IMG/VR virus record: IMGVR_UViG_3300050010_000596
From: an uncultured virus (IMG/VR IMGVR_UViG_3300050010_000596)
Taxonomy: Duplodnaviria > Heunggongvirae > Uroviricota > Caudoviricetes
DNA length: 64,000 bases
Strand: one strand, 5' to 3'
Shown here: positions 1 through 10,178 of the stretch, in pieces
Layout: each line of letters starts with the position of its first letter
Position numbering within the stretch: the first letter of the stretch is position 1
Program-made: the position numbers and the translations under genes
Notes under the pieces: generated by a model
The model's database searches: none
What the model saw: the letters and a program-made list of their open reading frames with translations, nothing else
Told to the model about the DNA's origin: nothing

Positions 1-253
1 GCTTCCTCGAACAAAGTTCCAGCTTCTCCGCGCGGGAGAGCTGCTTGATGCGATACTCCTCTTTCAAGGCCGCCGACTTGGTCATCGACAGCGACCACCA
101 GATGAGCACCACCGGCCTGCGGGACCTGGTATATTTTCGCCCCGGTCCCGCAGTTGTAGCGGCTCACCCGGCCGTACAGATCGCTCGCGATGCCGCAGTA
201 CAGGCTCCCATCGCTGCATCGCAACAGGTACACCTGTAGCGGTTCGCGGCCAT
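1..253 (-). pseudogene. GIY-YIG nuclease (YhbQ/UPF0213-like), disrupted by two compensating indels; runs off the window edge
   Basis: Stitched translation MAANRY/VYLLRCSDGSLYCGIASDLYGRVSRYNCGTGAK/YTRSRRP...KSAALKEEYRIKQLSRAEK; shifts near 235 and 135. Confidence 0.75.
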
Positions 254-256
254 GGC

Positions 257-577
257 CTATTCCTTGTCCGCAACGAAGGCCTTGGACGGCTTGACCTTCT
301 TGCCTGCCTTGCGGACCTTCGACACAATCTCGGACTCGATGGCCTTGTCGAGAGCCTTGTCGAAGGATTTCTGTGCGCGGGTCGGAGAGGCCAGGTTCTC
401 CGTCGCCACCCGGTCCAACAGGTCAAGCAGCTTCTCCCAGCCGCGATACTGCTTCTCGAAGTCGTTCCGCCGCCGCTTGATCGCCTTACGGAAGCGCGCG
501 GCCTGCTGCTTGAGTTCCTTTTGCAGCCCGGCAATGGTGGGCTCCATGTGCTGGGTCTTGGACTTCTTCTTCGCCAT
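257..577 (-). CDS. hypothetical basic protein
   Basis: 106-aa ORF with GAGGAG RBS. Confidence 0.75.
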   Translation of the reverse strand: MAKKKSKTQHMEPTIAGLQKELKQQAARFRKAIKRRRNDFEKQYRGWEKLLDLLDRVATENLASPTRAQKSFDKALDKAIESEIVSKVRKAGKKVKPSKAFVADKE

Positions 578-678
578 CAGTAACTCCTCAGTTGAAAATG
601 ATACAACTCCCGCTTAGCAGAACAACATGTCCTGCTACACTTCCGTTTCTTCGTTGTTGATGCCGCTACGAGTGAGCT

Positions 679-1226
679 TCACCGGAAGGGGCTCGCCGCC
701 TTGCCACGCAACCGCATCCGCTCGGCCTTCTCAATGGCGACCTCCCGCTGGTCTTTGACCGTGTCCGGGTGCTGCCACCCGGCAATCCCGTCGATGTCGT
801 TATGTGGGCCCATGAGCGTGGCCTTCACCGGGTCGAACATCTTGATGATCTGATACATGCTCGCCTGGAGCAGGTGCGAGATAGGAATCGAGATCTCGAA
901 CACGTCCCGCGTAAAGGTGAGCGTGTGCCGCAACTGGCTGTGCTTCACCCCAATGCCGATCTTATTGAGACAGTAAATCCAGGGCTTGAGCAGCTCTTCG
1001 ATGCGGTTGGGATGCTGCTGCAACTCGGCAATGACCTGGTCACGGCCTTTCACCTCGTCAGCCCGGTGCGCCAGCTGGTCGATCGATCCTTGATGTTGGC
1101 GTTGCGGTCGTCAATCACCTCGCCCCGCTCGGCCTTTTCGTTTCGCAGCTCCTTGACCTTGGCTTCCAGCTCCGCGATCCGCCGCGACTGCTTGGTGGTC
1201 TTCAACAACTTTCCCTTCTTCACCAT
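679..1226 (-). CDS. hypothetical coiled-coil protein, apparent frameshift near 1086
   Basis: MVKKGKLL...NIKD continues as IDQLAHRADEVKGRDQ in the 679..1053 frame; AGGAG RBS. Confidence 0.55.
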
Positions 1227-1857
1227 GAATGGCTCCTTTCGGTATGAGTTCTTTTCCGTGGATCAGCTTGTTGCCGTCATAGACGCGGCGCTCTTCGCTG
1301 ACCACGTCGATGTCCGCCCGCCAGCACGGCGGCGTAGCGGCGTTGACTTCTTCCGAGCGGGCTCCCCGCCCTTCCATGTAGGCCACCCAGGCCACAATCT
1401 GAAAGACATCCAGTTCGGGCAGCGGTACATCGCCAGGGGCGCTGGGCAGCCAGTTCGCTACACGATTCAGCCGGGCGGCAGCGCCCAGCAGCTTGATCAG
1501 CGACTCGCTGAGTTCAAGCGTGATTCGTACTTTCTTGCCACGTTTCTTCTCCTGGGATGATGTTACAGTGGCATCCGCGTCAATGACACGTGTCAGTGCG
1601 GCAACCCACACCATCCATCGTTGCACGGTTTCATCGCCTCTGGCGACGGCCTTGTCCAAATGCTCACGACGAGGGCTCATGGCCGCAGACTGCTCTTGAT
1701 ATTTTCGTAGGCGTGCAACCCCCGTCTGACGCGATTTGACTTGTCTGCGGCAATAAGCTAGCAGACCCTGCAACGCACTGGGTTCAAAGACCTTGCGGCC
1801 ACAGTGCGGGCAGAAAGGCGTGGTCAGTACCTCACCACAACAGGTATGCTCTGTCAT
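1111..1857 (-). CDS. two hypothetical genes (Zn-ribbon MTEHTCCG...CPHCG, and a second starting at GTG 1541) apparently fused by a missing A
   Basis: AGGAG RBS + GTG at 1541 is one base out of frame with KKVRITLELS. Confidence 0.5.
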   Translation of the reverse strand: MTEHTCCGEVLTTPFCPHCGRKVFEPSALQGLLAYCRRQVKSRQTGVARLRKYQEQSAAMSPRREHLDKAVARGDETVQRWMVWVAALTRVIDADATVTSSQEKKRGKKVRITLELSESLIKLLGAAARLNRVANWLPSAPGDVPLPELDVFQIVAWVAYMEGRGARSEEVNAATPPCWRADIDVVSEERRVYDGNKLIHGKELIPKGAIHGEEGKVVEDHQAVAADRGAGSQGQGAAKRKGRAGRGD

Positions 1858-2102
1858 ATCGACCTCATCACTTCTTCGCGGGTGGCCAACGGCAATTCGT
1901 TTACGTACGCCGCCTTGGTTCGCCAGAAGTGCCCGCACTTCAGGCAGCGGATTTCGGAGTAGGCGGAAAGCATCGTACGATAGCCGTTGAAGGCGGACCG
2001 GTTGGCCTTGTACTGCACGATCCGCCAGTATTGTTGTCGGTGCTTCCGAATCTGAAGAGAGTGGCTCCCCTTGTGACAGGTACAGGCAATGCCGCCGCTC
2101 AT
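1854..2102 (-). CDS. hypothetical Cys-rich protein
   Basis: CTCH...CLKCG motifs; overlaps neighbours. Confidence 0.55.
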   Translation of the reverse strand: MSGGIACTCHKGSHSLQIRKHRQQYWRIVQYKANRSAFNGYRTMLSAYSEIRCLKCGHFWRTKAAYVNELPLATREEVMRSI

Positions 2103-2281
2103 GGTGCCGCCACAGCCTGTCGCGACTGGCAGTATACCGCAAAGTGGTGCCGAGCCACACTCTCGCACGGGAAAGGTCCCTCGCTGTTGACCCCTGGGTC
2201 GGTCCAGAAGTACCACCGCTCGGTATTCGGATCACAGAAGACGGGGTCGAGGGGATTGAGTGGTGGATAGCTGATGCTCAT
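2099..2281 (-). CDS. small hypothetical protein
   Basis: MSISYPP...; ATG immediately downstream of palindrome. Confidence 0.5.
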   Translation of the reverse strand: MSISYPPLNPLDPVFCDPNTERWYFWTDPGVNSEGPFPCESVARHHFAVYCQSRQAVAAP

Positions 2282-2282
2282 G

Positions 2283-2296
2283 CTTAAACCTTTAAG
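2283..2296. promoter_or_regulatory. palindromic motif CTTAAA-NN-TTTAAG, copy 1
   Basis: CTTAAACCTTTAAG. Confidence 0.7.
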
Positions 2297-2470
2297 AGAG
2301 TTACTTGGAAAGGGGAACGATCCGCGTCTTCTGCCCCAGCTGCTCGCGGCAGGCACGGGCATAGTTGCGGACCACAGTTTTGCTGGCGATCCGCGCGGGA
2401 CGGGGAAACTCCCCACCCACACCGGACGCAGGCGTAACGTAACAAGCGTACTTCATCATTCGGTTCCTGT

Positions 2471-2815
2471 TCAATTCGCGCTGGCCTCAGCAACAAACAA
2501 GCCATACTCTGGATGCTTGGCCAAGACTGCCTTGCTGGGCGCTCCAATGAAAGCCTTTATGGCTGCAACAATTGCCGCGTAAGAACCTTCGACAGCGTCG
2601 TCATCGCCGCTGCGCAACGCGGCTTCGTGCTGCTGAATCAACTCCTGTCGCCGAGGAAGCCGCTTGGTACCCATCAAGATTCGCAGAGCCAGGTGTCGTT
2701 GCACAAGCTGCTCCGGCGACTGTCCCAAAATCGCTGCCGCGGCCAATACGGTCTCCCGTGTTAAAGGCGCGACAAGATAGTCCAGCTGACCATCCGAGAG
2801 ATCTGCAATTTTCAT
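2471..2815 (-). CDS. hypothetical protein
   Basis: ORF in tightly packed minus-strand run. Confidence 0.6.
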   Translation of the reverse strand: MKIADLSDGQLDYLVAPLTRETVLAAAAILGQSPEQLVQRHLALRILMGTKRLPRRQELIQQHEAALRSGDDDAVEGSYAAIVAAIKAFIGAPSKAVLAKHPEYGLFVAEASAN

Positions 2816-3078
2816 CAGTGGGTCTCCCAATCGGGAATCGCCGTGACAGACTGCGAGTACACCACCTGCTTGTCCTTGGCCAACAACTCGGGGTAGAGCT
2901 TGGTCAACATCCGCTCCGCATCGGCCTTGTCTTCATAGCGAATGGGATGATACAGGCAGCCCTCCTGTGGTACATCGCGGCAAATTGTTAGCCAGGGACC
3001 GTCACTCGCCCGCAGCCGGGCCAGGACCAGCTTCCGTTTCGGGTCCACATGGCTCGATACCTGCATCTCGAAGGCCAT
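2815..3078 (-). CDS. hypothetical protein
   Basis: MAFEMQ...; AGGAG RBS. Confidence 0.6.
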   Translation of the reverse strand: MAFEMQVSSHVDPKRKLVLARLRASDGPWLTICRDVPQEGCLYHPIRYEDKADAERMLTKLYPELLAKDKQVVYSQSVTAIPDWETH

Positions 3079-3520
3079 CGTCTTTCTTCTCCTGTTGTTG
3101 GAGTTCTTCGCCGAGTTTGAACAGCCCCACTTGCTCGGCAATGGAATGGGGAATAAACGCCCACCGCTGCCGGAGGATTTGCGTAGCCAGCGGCTCGTTC
3201 AACATAGCGCGAATGGCTGTGTCTGTCACCACCCACCAACCACCGCTTCGATACGGATTGGGGATGAACTGGGTGGGCTTGGTCCGGTTGAATTTCTGCT
3301 TGTACGCCCTGTGCGCGGCTTCGACCTTCTCCATTTCCCCGTCCCGGACCGAGATCAGGATGACACCCTGTTGCATGCGCCCTTGGCATTGGGGGCAGGG
3401 CTCCATGTCGTGCACCGCCTGGTGCGGCAACGAATCGCGCAGCCTCGTATCGATAGCGATGCGGTCGGCCGCACCACAAAAGAAGCACTGCATCAGCCCC
3501 ACGTGGCTCTGTTCGCTCAT
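3002..3520 (-). CDS. hypothetical protein with CxxC pairs
   Basis: CFFC...CPQC; 172 aa. Confidence 0.7.
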   Translation of the reverse strand: MSEQSHVGLMQCFFCGAADRIAIDTRLRDSLPHQAVHDMEPCPQCQGRMQQGVILISVRDGEMEKVEAAHRAYKQKFNRTKPTQFIPNPYRSGGWWVVTDTAIRAMLNEPLATQILRQRWAFIPHSIAEQVGLFKLGEELQQQEKKDDGLRDAGIEPCGPETEAGPGPAAGE

Positions 3521-4395
3521 CCTTCTGTCCTCCGCTTGAAAAGTCGCTGATTAAAACAATCGAGACACACGTCCCGCTCCCGGTGAGACGGGTCAAACCA
3601 AGCATCGGCCTGATTGCAGCCAGGGCACGCCCGCTGCGTGTACGTGCGGTTGTGTACGGCTGCTGGGCACTCTTGCAAGCCCACGTGGCAAGCATAGCAC
3701 AGGTGGTTCAGGGGATAATCGCGAGGGCAGTGAAAGCCCCCTGGCGGACGCTTCCGCATCCGCAGGTAATGGCGGTTCCAGGTCACCTGATTCTTGGCCA
3801 CCTCCACCTCCTCGAAGCCGGGGGCCTTGCCCGACAGCTCCTGGGTCACCCGGACCCGGAAGCGGAAGTTGACCAGTTCCAGAATGTCCCGAAAGGGATA
3901 ATCGTGCCACGGGGCGGTGAAGCCCAAGCGGCGGGAGAACATCGAGGCGAACTTGCGGGTCCAGAACTTCTTGAGGATCATTGGACACATCGAGCCGGTC
4001 AGGGTCTGTAACGCGAAGTCACCACCCGGATCGCCCTTGCGGCTTACCTGCCGCTCGACGCTCAGCACCTGTACCGGCACCCACTCGTCGCGTTCCTGTG
4101 CCGACCAGGGGTAGACTGCCCGGTCGTCACGGAGCCGGTCCAGGTTGGCCAACAGCCGCCACACGCTAGCGTCGAAGTTGCGCTCGGTGATCTCTTGTCC
4201 GGCCAGGTGCATCAACGACTGGTACACCGCCTCGGACGAAACCTCGCCTGGCAACCGTTCACAGATCTCATCGACAAAGACCTCGAAGTCATCGCCCGTG
4301 GGTCCCGTGCCGATCCACTTCAGCATTTCAGGGGCGTGGGTGATCGTCTGCTTCAATCGGAGGACCATCGCCACCGACAGGGGTTTTACGGGCAT
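3517..4395 (-). CDS. hypothetical protein with C-terminal Cys/His metal-binding region
   Basis: 292 aa; CYAC, CPGC, CLDC. Confidence 0.75.
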   Translation of the reverse strand: MPVKPLSVAMVLRLKQTITHAPEMLKWIGTGPTGDDFEVFVDEICERLPGEVSSEAVYQSLMHLAGQEITERNFDASVWRLLANLDRLRDDRAVYPWSAQERDEWVPVQVLSVERQVSRKGDPGGDFALQTLTGSMCPMILKKFWTRKFASMFSRRLGFTAPWHDYPFRDILELVNFRFRVRVTQELSGKAPGFEEVEVAKNQVTWNRHYLRMRKRPPGGFHCPRDYPLNHLCYACHVGLQECPAAVHNRTYTQRACPGCNQADAWFDPSHRERDVCLDCFNQRLFKRRTEG

Positions 4396-4890
4396 CCTCT
4401 AACGCCTTTCGCTTCTGGGCGTCCAGGGAGACGTGCCGGTACATGGCCGGGATCGTCATGCGTTCGATACGACTGTCTTCAGTGAATAGTAGCGCCTGGT
4501 TCTCTTGTGGGTTGACCCAGACGTGTTGAGCTTCAACATTATCTTGGGAAGTTTCCATGAGAAACATCCCTGGAACGGTGATCCGACAGATGTTGGCAAA
4601 CACCTCGGCGCACCGCATTCGCAAATAGTCCGGGTCACCCCCGGCATTCAAGAAGCGGGCAATAGCCGTCCACACCAGTAACTCCCTGGTCTGGACCCCG
4701 TGGTTCTCGGCGCTGGGCCACGCGGGGCCCCACACGGTTTTTACGAACAGCGGCTCATCGGCCTGCCAGAAGACCAGCTCGACGGAGAGCTGGCCACGGT
4801 TGATTTCACGCGCCCGCCACAGATCCCGCTCGTTCAGTTGCTCAGCAGCAGGTTGGCGTGGATCGGGCTGTACTTGGCATTCGCCTTCGA
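4328..4890 (-). CDS. hypothetical protein (start uncertain)
   Basis: ORF fills the gap between neighbours. Confidence 0.45.
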
Positions 4891-5346
4891 CCATCGGATG
4901 AACTCCTTCACGGCGTAGTTGTAGGTTGCGCGCAACCACGCCTTACGGTTCTGTACATCCATGTCGCTAGTAAGCGTTGCCAGGTCCATCTCGGCAACGA
5001 CCGGAAGACCCGCGATGTCTTGCTTCCCGGTGGGCCAAGAGAACTTCAGGTCCACAATCGCCATCTCTTGTGACCCGGCAACCACCGCCCCCAGCTGATC
5101 GAGAATCCCCTTCCAAATGACCATGCGGCGGGCGGACTGTTCCCAGCCTGCCCAAGCCTGCTCGTAGTCGATGCCGCTGTCCTTGGCCTTCTCCGTGTGC
5201 GGTGGCGTTGGCGGAGGAGCGTTCCGCATCAAGGCCGTTACGGGATCGCCGCCGTCTGCGGATTGCGTCTCGGGGGCCTCGTAGGACTCCTGGGGTTGTT
5301 GCTGGGGTACATCGGGGACGGCAAGTACGCGGGCCTTGTTGGCCAT
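4834..5346 (-). CDS. hypothetical protein
   Basis: 170 aa; AGGAG RBS. Confidence 0.7.
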   Translation of the reverse strand: MANKARVLAVPDVPQQQPQESYEAPETQSADGGDPVTALMRNAPPPTPPHTEKAKDSGIDYEQAWAGWEQSARRMVIWKGILDQLGAVVAGSQEMAIVDLKFSWPTGKQDIAGLPVVAEMDLATLTSDMDVQNRKAWLRATYNYAVKEFIRWSKANAKYSPIHANLLLSN

Positions 5347-5355
5347 GAGGAACTC

Positions 5356-5799
5356 CTATTCCAACTCGAACGCGACCCCCAGCCAAGCCTGAAAACCGGC
5401 CTGGCCATCGGGCCTGGTGAATACGTTGCCTACCACGATGAACATCTGCGAGATGGGTTTGTCCCGTGGGCACAGATGCAGGGCCGCAAGGCCGAAGTGG
5501 AGGCCAGTAGCCACCAGTGTCTCAGGAGTTCCGTCCTGGGTCAAGTACGGGAAGAGCGGAACGCGGGCATGCTTGCCCCCCTCGTTGATGGCCCAATGGG
5601 GCTCGACACCGGGCGCTATCGGGCTGTTCACGATATGCCAGGTCTGATCGCCCGGCCGCAGCTCGATCATCCCCAGGTCCTCAGGCGAGCCCTTCTCCAC
5701 ATCGGGGCGACTGAGAAAGACACCAGGGTGGGGCTCCTCGCCTGGTTGCAGGCGGGAGAAGTAGTCCATCAGGTTGCAGCGTTCGATGGCAATGTGCAT
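5356..5799 (-). CDS. hypothetical protein
   Basis: 147-aa ORF. Confidence 0.65.
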   Translation of the reverse strand: MHIAIERCNLMDYFSRLQPGEEPHPGVFLSRPDVEKGSPEDLGMIELRPGDQTWHIVNSPIAPGVEPHWAINEGGKHARVPLFPYLTQDGTPETLVATGLHFGLAALHLCPRDKPISQMFIVVGNVFTRPDGQAGFQAWLGVAFELE

Positions 5800-6632
5800 G
5801 AATCATCCTTGATCATTGAGTCGCTCCAGCCATCCTTGCTGTACACACGCAAGGCCAGATCGAAATGTTGAAAGCTCGTATCGACGTTCAGCGAAGCCGC
5901 CAGGTCGGCCCCCAACGGGGGCTCACGATACCCACGACGTTTCGCCTTGGAGTTGCGCCCCTCGTCGTCCGCGTTGACGTGGACCCGGTGGGGGAAGTGT
6001 CCCAACACCAGCCCCTGTTGCCGTAGCAGCTCACCAAGGAGGGCATCTCCCCCATTGTGTTTCAAGGCCGGTGGCGGCCAATCGTACTTCCGCAGGACCT
6101 CACTCCGCAGGACCCACCAGCTACCCTGGGCAAAGCGGAACATCGGCTTGCCATGGCGGACCAGAGGGGGTCCCGCAGCCGGGTTGTGCCACGGCTGGAG
6201 CTTGACCCATTCGGACTGCTGTCCCTGGATAATCCAGTAGTACAGGTGCCCGATCATAGCCTTATCGGCAGCAAATTCCAACATCGCCCGCCACGGAAAG
6301 GCCCGGTCCATGTAGGCATCGTCGTCAAACCACATGAGGTAATCGCCCAGCGGATGGCCAGGCACGGGGACGTGGACCATTTTCCGCATCAGCGGATATT
6401 TCAGCGCATTGTGCTGTGGTCGATACACCAGGATGGGCAGAGCAAAGCGGATGGCCGCCTCCTCTGCCCATCCCTGGATGTAATCGTCTACGCCTCGGCT
6501 AACTTCATTCAGCCCCAGGCGAATGTCGCCCACAAACGGACGGCCACTGGCCAAGTTACTGGCCAAGCTGCCCAGACAACGGGAAGCCAAACGGGCATGG
6601 TCTCCATAGAACAACGCGCTGATCGTCAACAT
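5769..6632 (-). CDS. GT-A fold (GT2-like) glycosyltransferase
   Basis: YLMWFDDDAY (DxD) motif, FAQGSWWVLR, HNGGD..LG. Confidence 0.65.
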   Translation of the reverse strand: MLTISALFYGDHARLASRCLGSLASNLASGRPFVGDIRLGLNEVSRGVDDYIQGWAEEAAIRFALPILVYRPQHNALKYPLMRKMVHVPVPGHPLGDYLMWFDDDAYMDRAFPWRAMLEFAADKAMIGHLYYWIIQGQQSEWVKLQPWHNPAAGPPLVRHGKPMFRFAQGSWWVLRSEVLRKYDWPPPALKHNGGDALLGELLRQQGLVLGHFPHRVHVNADDEGRNSKAKRRGYREPPLGADLAASLNVDTSFQHFDLALRVYSKDGWSDSMIKDDSCTLPSNAAT

Positions 6633-6664
6633 GGTCGTCCGTGACTCCCACTATCCATCCTGGC

Positions 6665-7735
6665 TTACTTCGACTTGGCCTTCTTCTTGGCCGCCGCAAT
6701 CTTCTCCGCAACGCTCAGCGGTTTGCCGTGGCCGTTGCTTTCGTGCACCTTCTTAGGTGCCTTGGCTTCGATTTCGATCCCGTCATCCTCCTCGGCATCG
6801 GGCTCGACGTCAATGTCTTCGCTCTCCACGACCTTACTCTTGGGCTTACTCTTCGAGTCGGCAGCACGGGCCTCGGCCAACTCACCCTTACGGCCCAACA
6901 CCTTCTGCACCCGCTTCATGGCCTTCTCCAGCTTGCCCAGTACGTCGTCGAACGTGCCCCGCACTTCGGCCACGCCCGCCGCCGTTTCGCCCAGGTCCTC
7001 CAGCAGCTCGTCCGTGCACTGGTTGGCGTCCGCCTCGGCCACCCACTCAAACAAGGAGGAATCCCAGCCGCTGACGCGATTGTCGATTTCCTTCTTGTAC
7101 TTGATGATCTGACGGCAGGCCGCACCGGGGCTCTTCGGCGGCACCGGGGGTCGGCCCGGCCCACCCGCCTCCCCCTTCTTCCTGCGGAACTCGCGCGTGC
7201 GGCTCAGCAGCTCTTGTACCGAAAGGGCCTCGTCAATCATCTCGTGCTCGAACTTCTTACGGGCCGATTCGTAGCTCTTCTTCCGCAAGGTCGCCAGGCC
7301 CTGGGCGAAATGGTTCCAGGCCAGCTGTACGTTGGCCTTCTGAGCCCGGCCCAGGAGTTTTTCCATGTAGCTCCAGGGGTACACGGTAACGACGTTGCCC
7401 CACTGGGTGAGCTGATTGGAATCGACCGCCTTCGCCCGGCCCACGCTCAGGGCCTCGGCCAGGTTGACTACCGCCCCTTCCCCGTACTTGTTGGCGTTGT
7501 CACGGGCCTTCCGCACCATCTCGCCCACGGCGTAGCTGTGCTTGATGACCTCGTAGTTCGCCTTGCCGGTCAGGGTGTCGATGGTTGCCATCTCCTGCTG
7601 CATCTCTTTGTACATCGACCGCAAGACGCTGGGTAGCTTCTCGGCCACGGCCTCGACGCTGGGCAACTTCGCCCCCGCCGCAGGCACCAACGCAGTGGAT
7701 GTCTTCTTCGGTTTCTTCTTGGTCGCAGTGGTCAT
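6665..7735 (-). CDS. hypothetical protein with DUF1016/YhcG N-terminal-like helical segment and charged tails
   Basis: YAVGEMV...KYGEGAVVNLAEAL...LAWNHF resembles DUF1016_N. Confidence 0.5.
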   Translation of the reverse strand: MTTATKKKPKKTSTALVPAAGAKLPSVEAVAEKLPSVLRSMYKEMQQEMATIDTLTGKANYEVIKHSYAVGEMVRKARDNANKYGEGAVVNLAEALSVGRAKAVDSNQLTQWGNVVTVYPWSYMEKLLGRAQKANVQLAWNHFAQGLATLRKKSYESARKKFEHEMIDEALSVQELLSRTREFRRKKGEAGGPGRPPVPPKSPGAACRQIIKYKKEIDNRVSGWDSSLFEWVAEADANQCTDELLEDLGETAAGVAEVRGTFDDVLGKLEKAMKRVQKVLGRKGELAEARAADSKSKPKSKVVESEDIDVEPDAEEDDGIEIEAKAPKKVHESNGHGKPLSVAEKIAAAKKKAKSK

Positions 7736-7744
7736 AGGACCCTC

Positions 7745-8863
7745 CTAAACAGTGAAACGATTGGTCAATACACGATAGGCAAGCTGCTCCAGTCGCTCCC
7801 GGCTCTTGATGTCCTGCGACACCGCCGACCCGGTCAAGCTGCTGTACAGGTCATAAACCGAGCGGTGCTGGCAACGCTCCAGCAAAGGACCCGTAAGCTG
7901 CTCGGTGACAGACATTACCCGAACTTTCTCGCTGCCATGCGCCAGCACGCGGTTGACGATCTGCTCGGCCAGCCGATGAGGGATCTTCCCCTTGTCGGTG
8001 AGCTTGCTGACCAGGGCTGTCCGGTGCTTCTCCAAATCCTCGACAGTTCCGCCGCCCAGTCCGAGCGGCTGACGACTGATGCGGATCAACGCCGCCCGCA
8101 TCGTAGGCATGTCCAGCGCCTTGTCCTTAGAGCGGGCGATCATCTCGCCGACCTTACGGGCAAAGTCTTGGGTCTGGACATGGATCATTCGCTGAATCTG
8201 CGTCGGCGCTGGCCCGGCCGCCGCATACGTCCCCTCGCGGATAAGGATCGGGGAGACGTTCACGCTGCGGTCGCCGACTTCCGAGTTGGTGAAATGCCAG
8301 CCGGTCACGAAGCCGTGGCGAGTCACCTTGCCGTCGATCTCTAGCGAGACCCCGTAGGCTTTGTCGGAATAGCGATACCGCAGCAACATGCGGCGGCCTT
8401 CCAGCACCGCCTCGTGGAAGATAGCTTTCTCCGGCTGGGCTAAGGCCCGGCACTGCTCGTAGAGGGCGGTATTGGACAGGTACTCGTAGCGGGCCCCCAC
8501 CACCCCATCTACCCGCTTAGCTCGCTGGTCCACCAGCAGACGGCAATCGCTGAGCACCGAGGCAAAGCGATGCTGGCTCAAGGCATTGAGCAGTTTGATC
8601 GCCAGCTGCTTTTCCCAAGCGTCCTTGGTCAGCCCCAAGACCAGCTTGGAGAGACCAGGGGCCAACTTGAAGCAGAACTGTTGCATCGCGAAGGTACTGA
8701 AACGAAACCCGCCACAGACGTGGCCTTCCACATCGAGCTTGATGTCGGCCGGGGTGTGTAGCGGCACCAGGGTGGTCACGTCCTGCTTGGCCAAGGCCTT
8801 GCGGAGGAGGGACTCCTTGCGGAACCGCTGCGACTCAACGGGGGCAGTCAGAGAGTAGTTCAT
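7745..8863 (-). CDS. DUF932-like phage protein
   Basis: RYEYLSN...FTNSEVGDRSVNVSPILIR, SVYDLYSSLT patterns. Confidence 0.55.
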   Translation of the reverse strand: MNYSLTAPVESQRFRKESLLRKALAKQDVTTLVPLHTPADIKLDVEGHVCGGFRFSTFAMQQFCFKLAPGLSKLVLGLTKDAWEKQLAIKLLNALSQHRFASVLSDCRLLVDQRAKRVDGVVGARYEYLSNTALYEQCRALAQPEKAIFHEAVLEGRRMLLRYRYSDKAYGVSLEIDGKVTRHGFVTGWHFTNSEVGDRSVNVSPILIREGTYAAAGPAPTQIQRMIHVQTQDFARKVGEMIARSKDKALDMPTMRAALIRISRQPLGLGGGTVEDLEKHRTALVSKLTDKGKIPHRLAEQIVNRVLAHGSEKVRVMSVTEQLTGPLLERCQHRSVYDLYSSLTGSAVSQDIKSRERLEQLAYRVLTNRFTV

Positions 8864-9072
8864 AACAAGTCAAGCAGCTGGCGACGGAATCGCTCCGTCT
8901 GTGCTTCTTCCCCAGTCACCGTGATCAGAAACAAGGAATCCAGACAACCCTTCTCCTCTTCCAGATCCAGTTTGAGTCCCAAGCTATGCGCCAAAGCTCG
9001 AATGATTCGCCGCGCTTGTCCTCGCACAGCTAAGCCCGCTTGGGCCTGCGACCTATACACTATTTCAGCCAT
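8860..9072 (-). CDS. small hypothetical protein
   Basis: 70 aa; GAGG RBS. Confidence 0.6.
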   Translation of the reverse strand: MAEIVYRSQAQAGLAVRGQARRIIRALAHSLGLKLDLEEEKGCLDSLFLITVTGEEAQTERFRRQLLDLL

Positions 9073-9079
9073 AGTTTCC

Positions 9080-9508
9080 TCACGTAAAGGCCGCCCCCAG
9101 TGACAAGGCCAGCTGGTAACGCTCGTAGATGTTCAACAACGATTGCGCCGTCATCTTGATCTCGACTGATACGTCCAGCTTCTCCAGGGCAATCAGGGCT
9201 TCCCGCTCCGATGATTGCAGACCGTCTTGCATGATGGATTCTATCGGTCCCCGTACCAGACAGTCTAGTACCACCTTCAGATTGCGGGCCAACCTGGCCC
9301 GTGCAGGCATTTCCAGCAAGCTATCGAACACCACCCAGGACACGCCCAGCAGCGGTGAGTGTTGCTTGCGATTCTGTTCTAACAAGTCACGGAAGGCTTC
9401 CAGCTGTTCCTGCGACGGTCGCTTGGTGCTGAGAATCGGTGACGGTAACGGCAGCGGCGGCTGCTCGTGTTTGTTCTTGGGGTCGAACCATTTCCTACGT
9501 TCACCCAT
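9080..9508 (-). CDS. hypothetical protein
   Basis: GGAGG RBS, MGERRKW... Confidence 0.6.
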   Translation of the reverse strand: MGERRKWFDPKNKHEQPPLPLPSPILSTKRPSQEQLEAFRDLLEQNRKQHSPLLGVSWVVFDSLLEMPARARLARNLKVVLDCLVRGPIESIMQDGLQSSEREALIALEKLDVSVEIKMTAQSLLNIYERYQLALSLGAAFT

Positions 9509-10178
9509 CACCGTCCTCCAGTTTCCACTTCTCGCCCGCATCAATCGCGTGAAGTAGGTCAACAAGCGGCTGCCAGGTGAAGGTCCGCAACCCTTTCTTC
9601 GTCTTGATCGAGCACTGTACACGCACCCCCGGCATACGGTGCCTGGGCGGGCATTCGTGCAGACACATCCCGTGGGTAATGTTGGGCCAAGGATGAATCA
9701 GGGCTATCACCTTTCCGCTCAGCTCGCTCGTGTCCAACCCCTCGCGCAACCGCTCATAGGCTTGCATGAACGGCCGGGTACTGAAGGCGTTGAACATCGT
9801 GGAAATCACCAGCTCCTTGGGTAGCTTGCGAAAGCGGCAGACGTGCAGGCGAAGCGGCAATGATGGATAGTGGCCAAAGACCGCCTCCAGCGTCAACCCG
9901 CTTTCGCCTGTCCGTAGCTGGTGCTCTTCCACCAACTGCCATTTCACCTTGGCAGGGAGCCCAAAGTGGGTAAACAGGAGCATGGCTGTCGTGGTCTCGA
10001 ACTTCGAGACCGCCATCTGTTCCCACTCCTTCGCCGTCCGTAGCAAGCCATCGACCGGCGTGATCTTGCGGCCTTCGTGCGTAAGGTTCTTTTGCGAGTC
10101 AGGTTTACTCGACTTCAATGTCGGTGTCCTCCTCGATTTCGATGTCGTCGTCGTCCAAGACTTCGATGTCATCGTCAT
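9501..10178 (-). CDS. hypothetical protein (start uncertain)
   Basis: 225-aa ORF overlapping the RecA 3' end. Confidence 0.6.
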   Translation of the reverse strand: MTMTSKSWTTTTSKSRRTPTLKSSKPDSQKNLTHEGRKITPVDGLLRTAKEWEQMAVSKFETTTAMLLFTHFGLPAKVKWQLVEEHQLRTGESGLTLEAVFGHYPSLPLRLHVCRFRKLPKELVISTMFNAFSTRPFMQAYERLREGLDTSELSGKVIALIHPWPNITHGMCLHECPPRHRMPGVRVQCSIKTKKGLRTFTWQPLVDLLHAIDAGEKWKLEDGDG

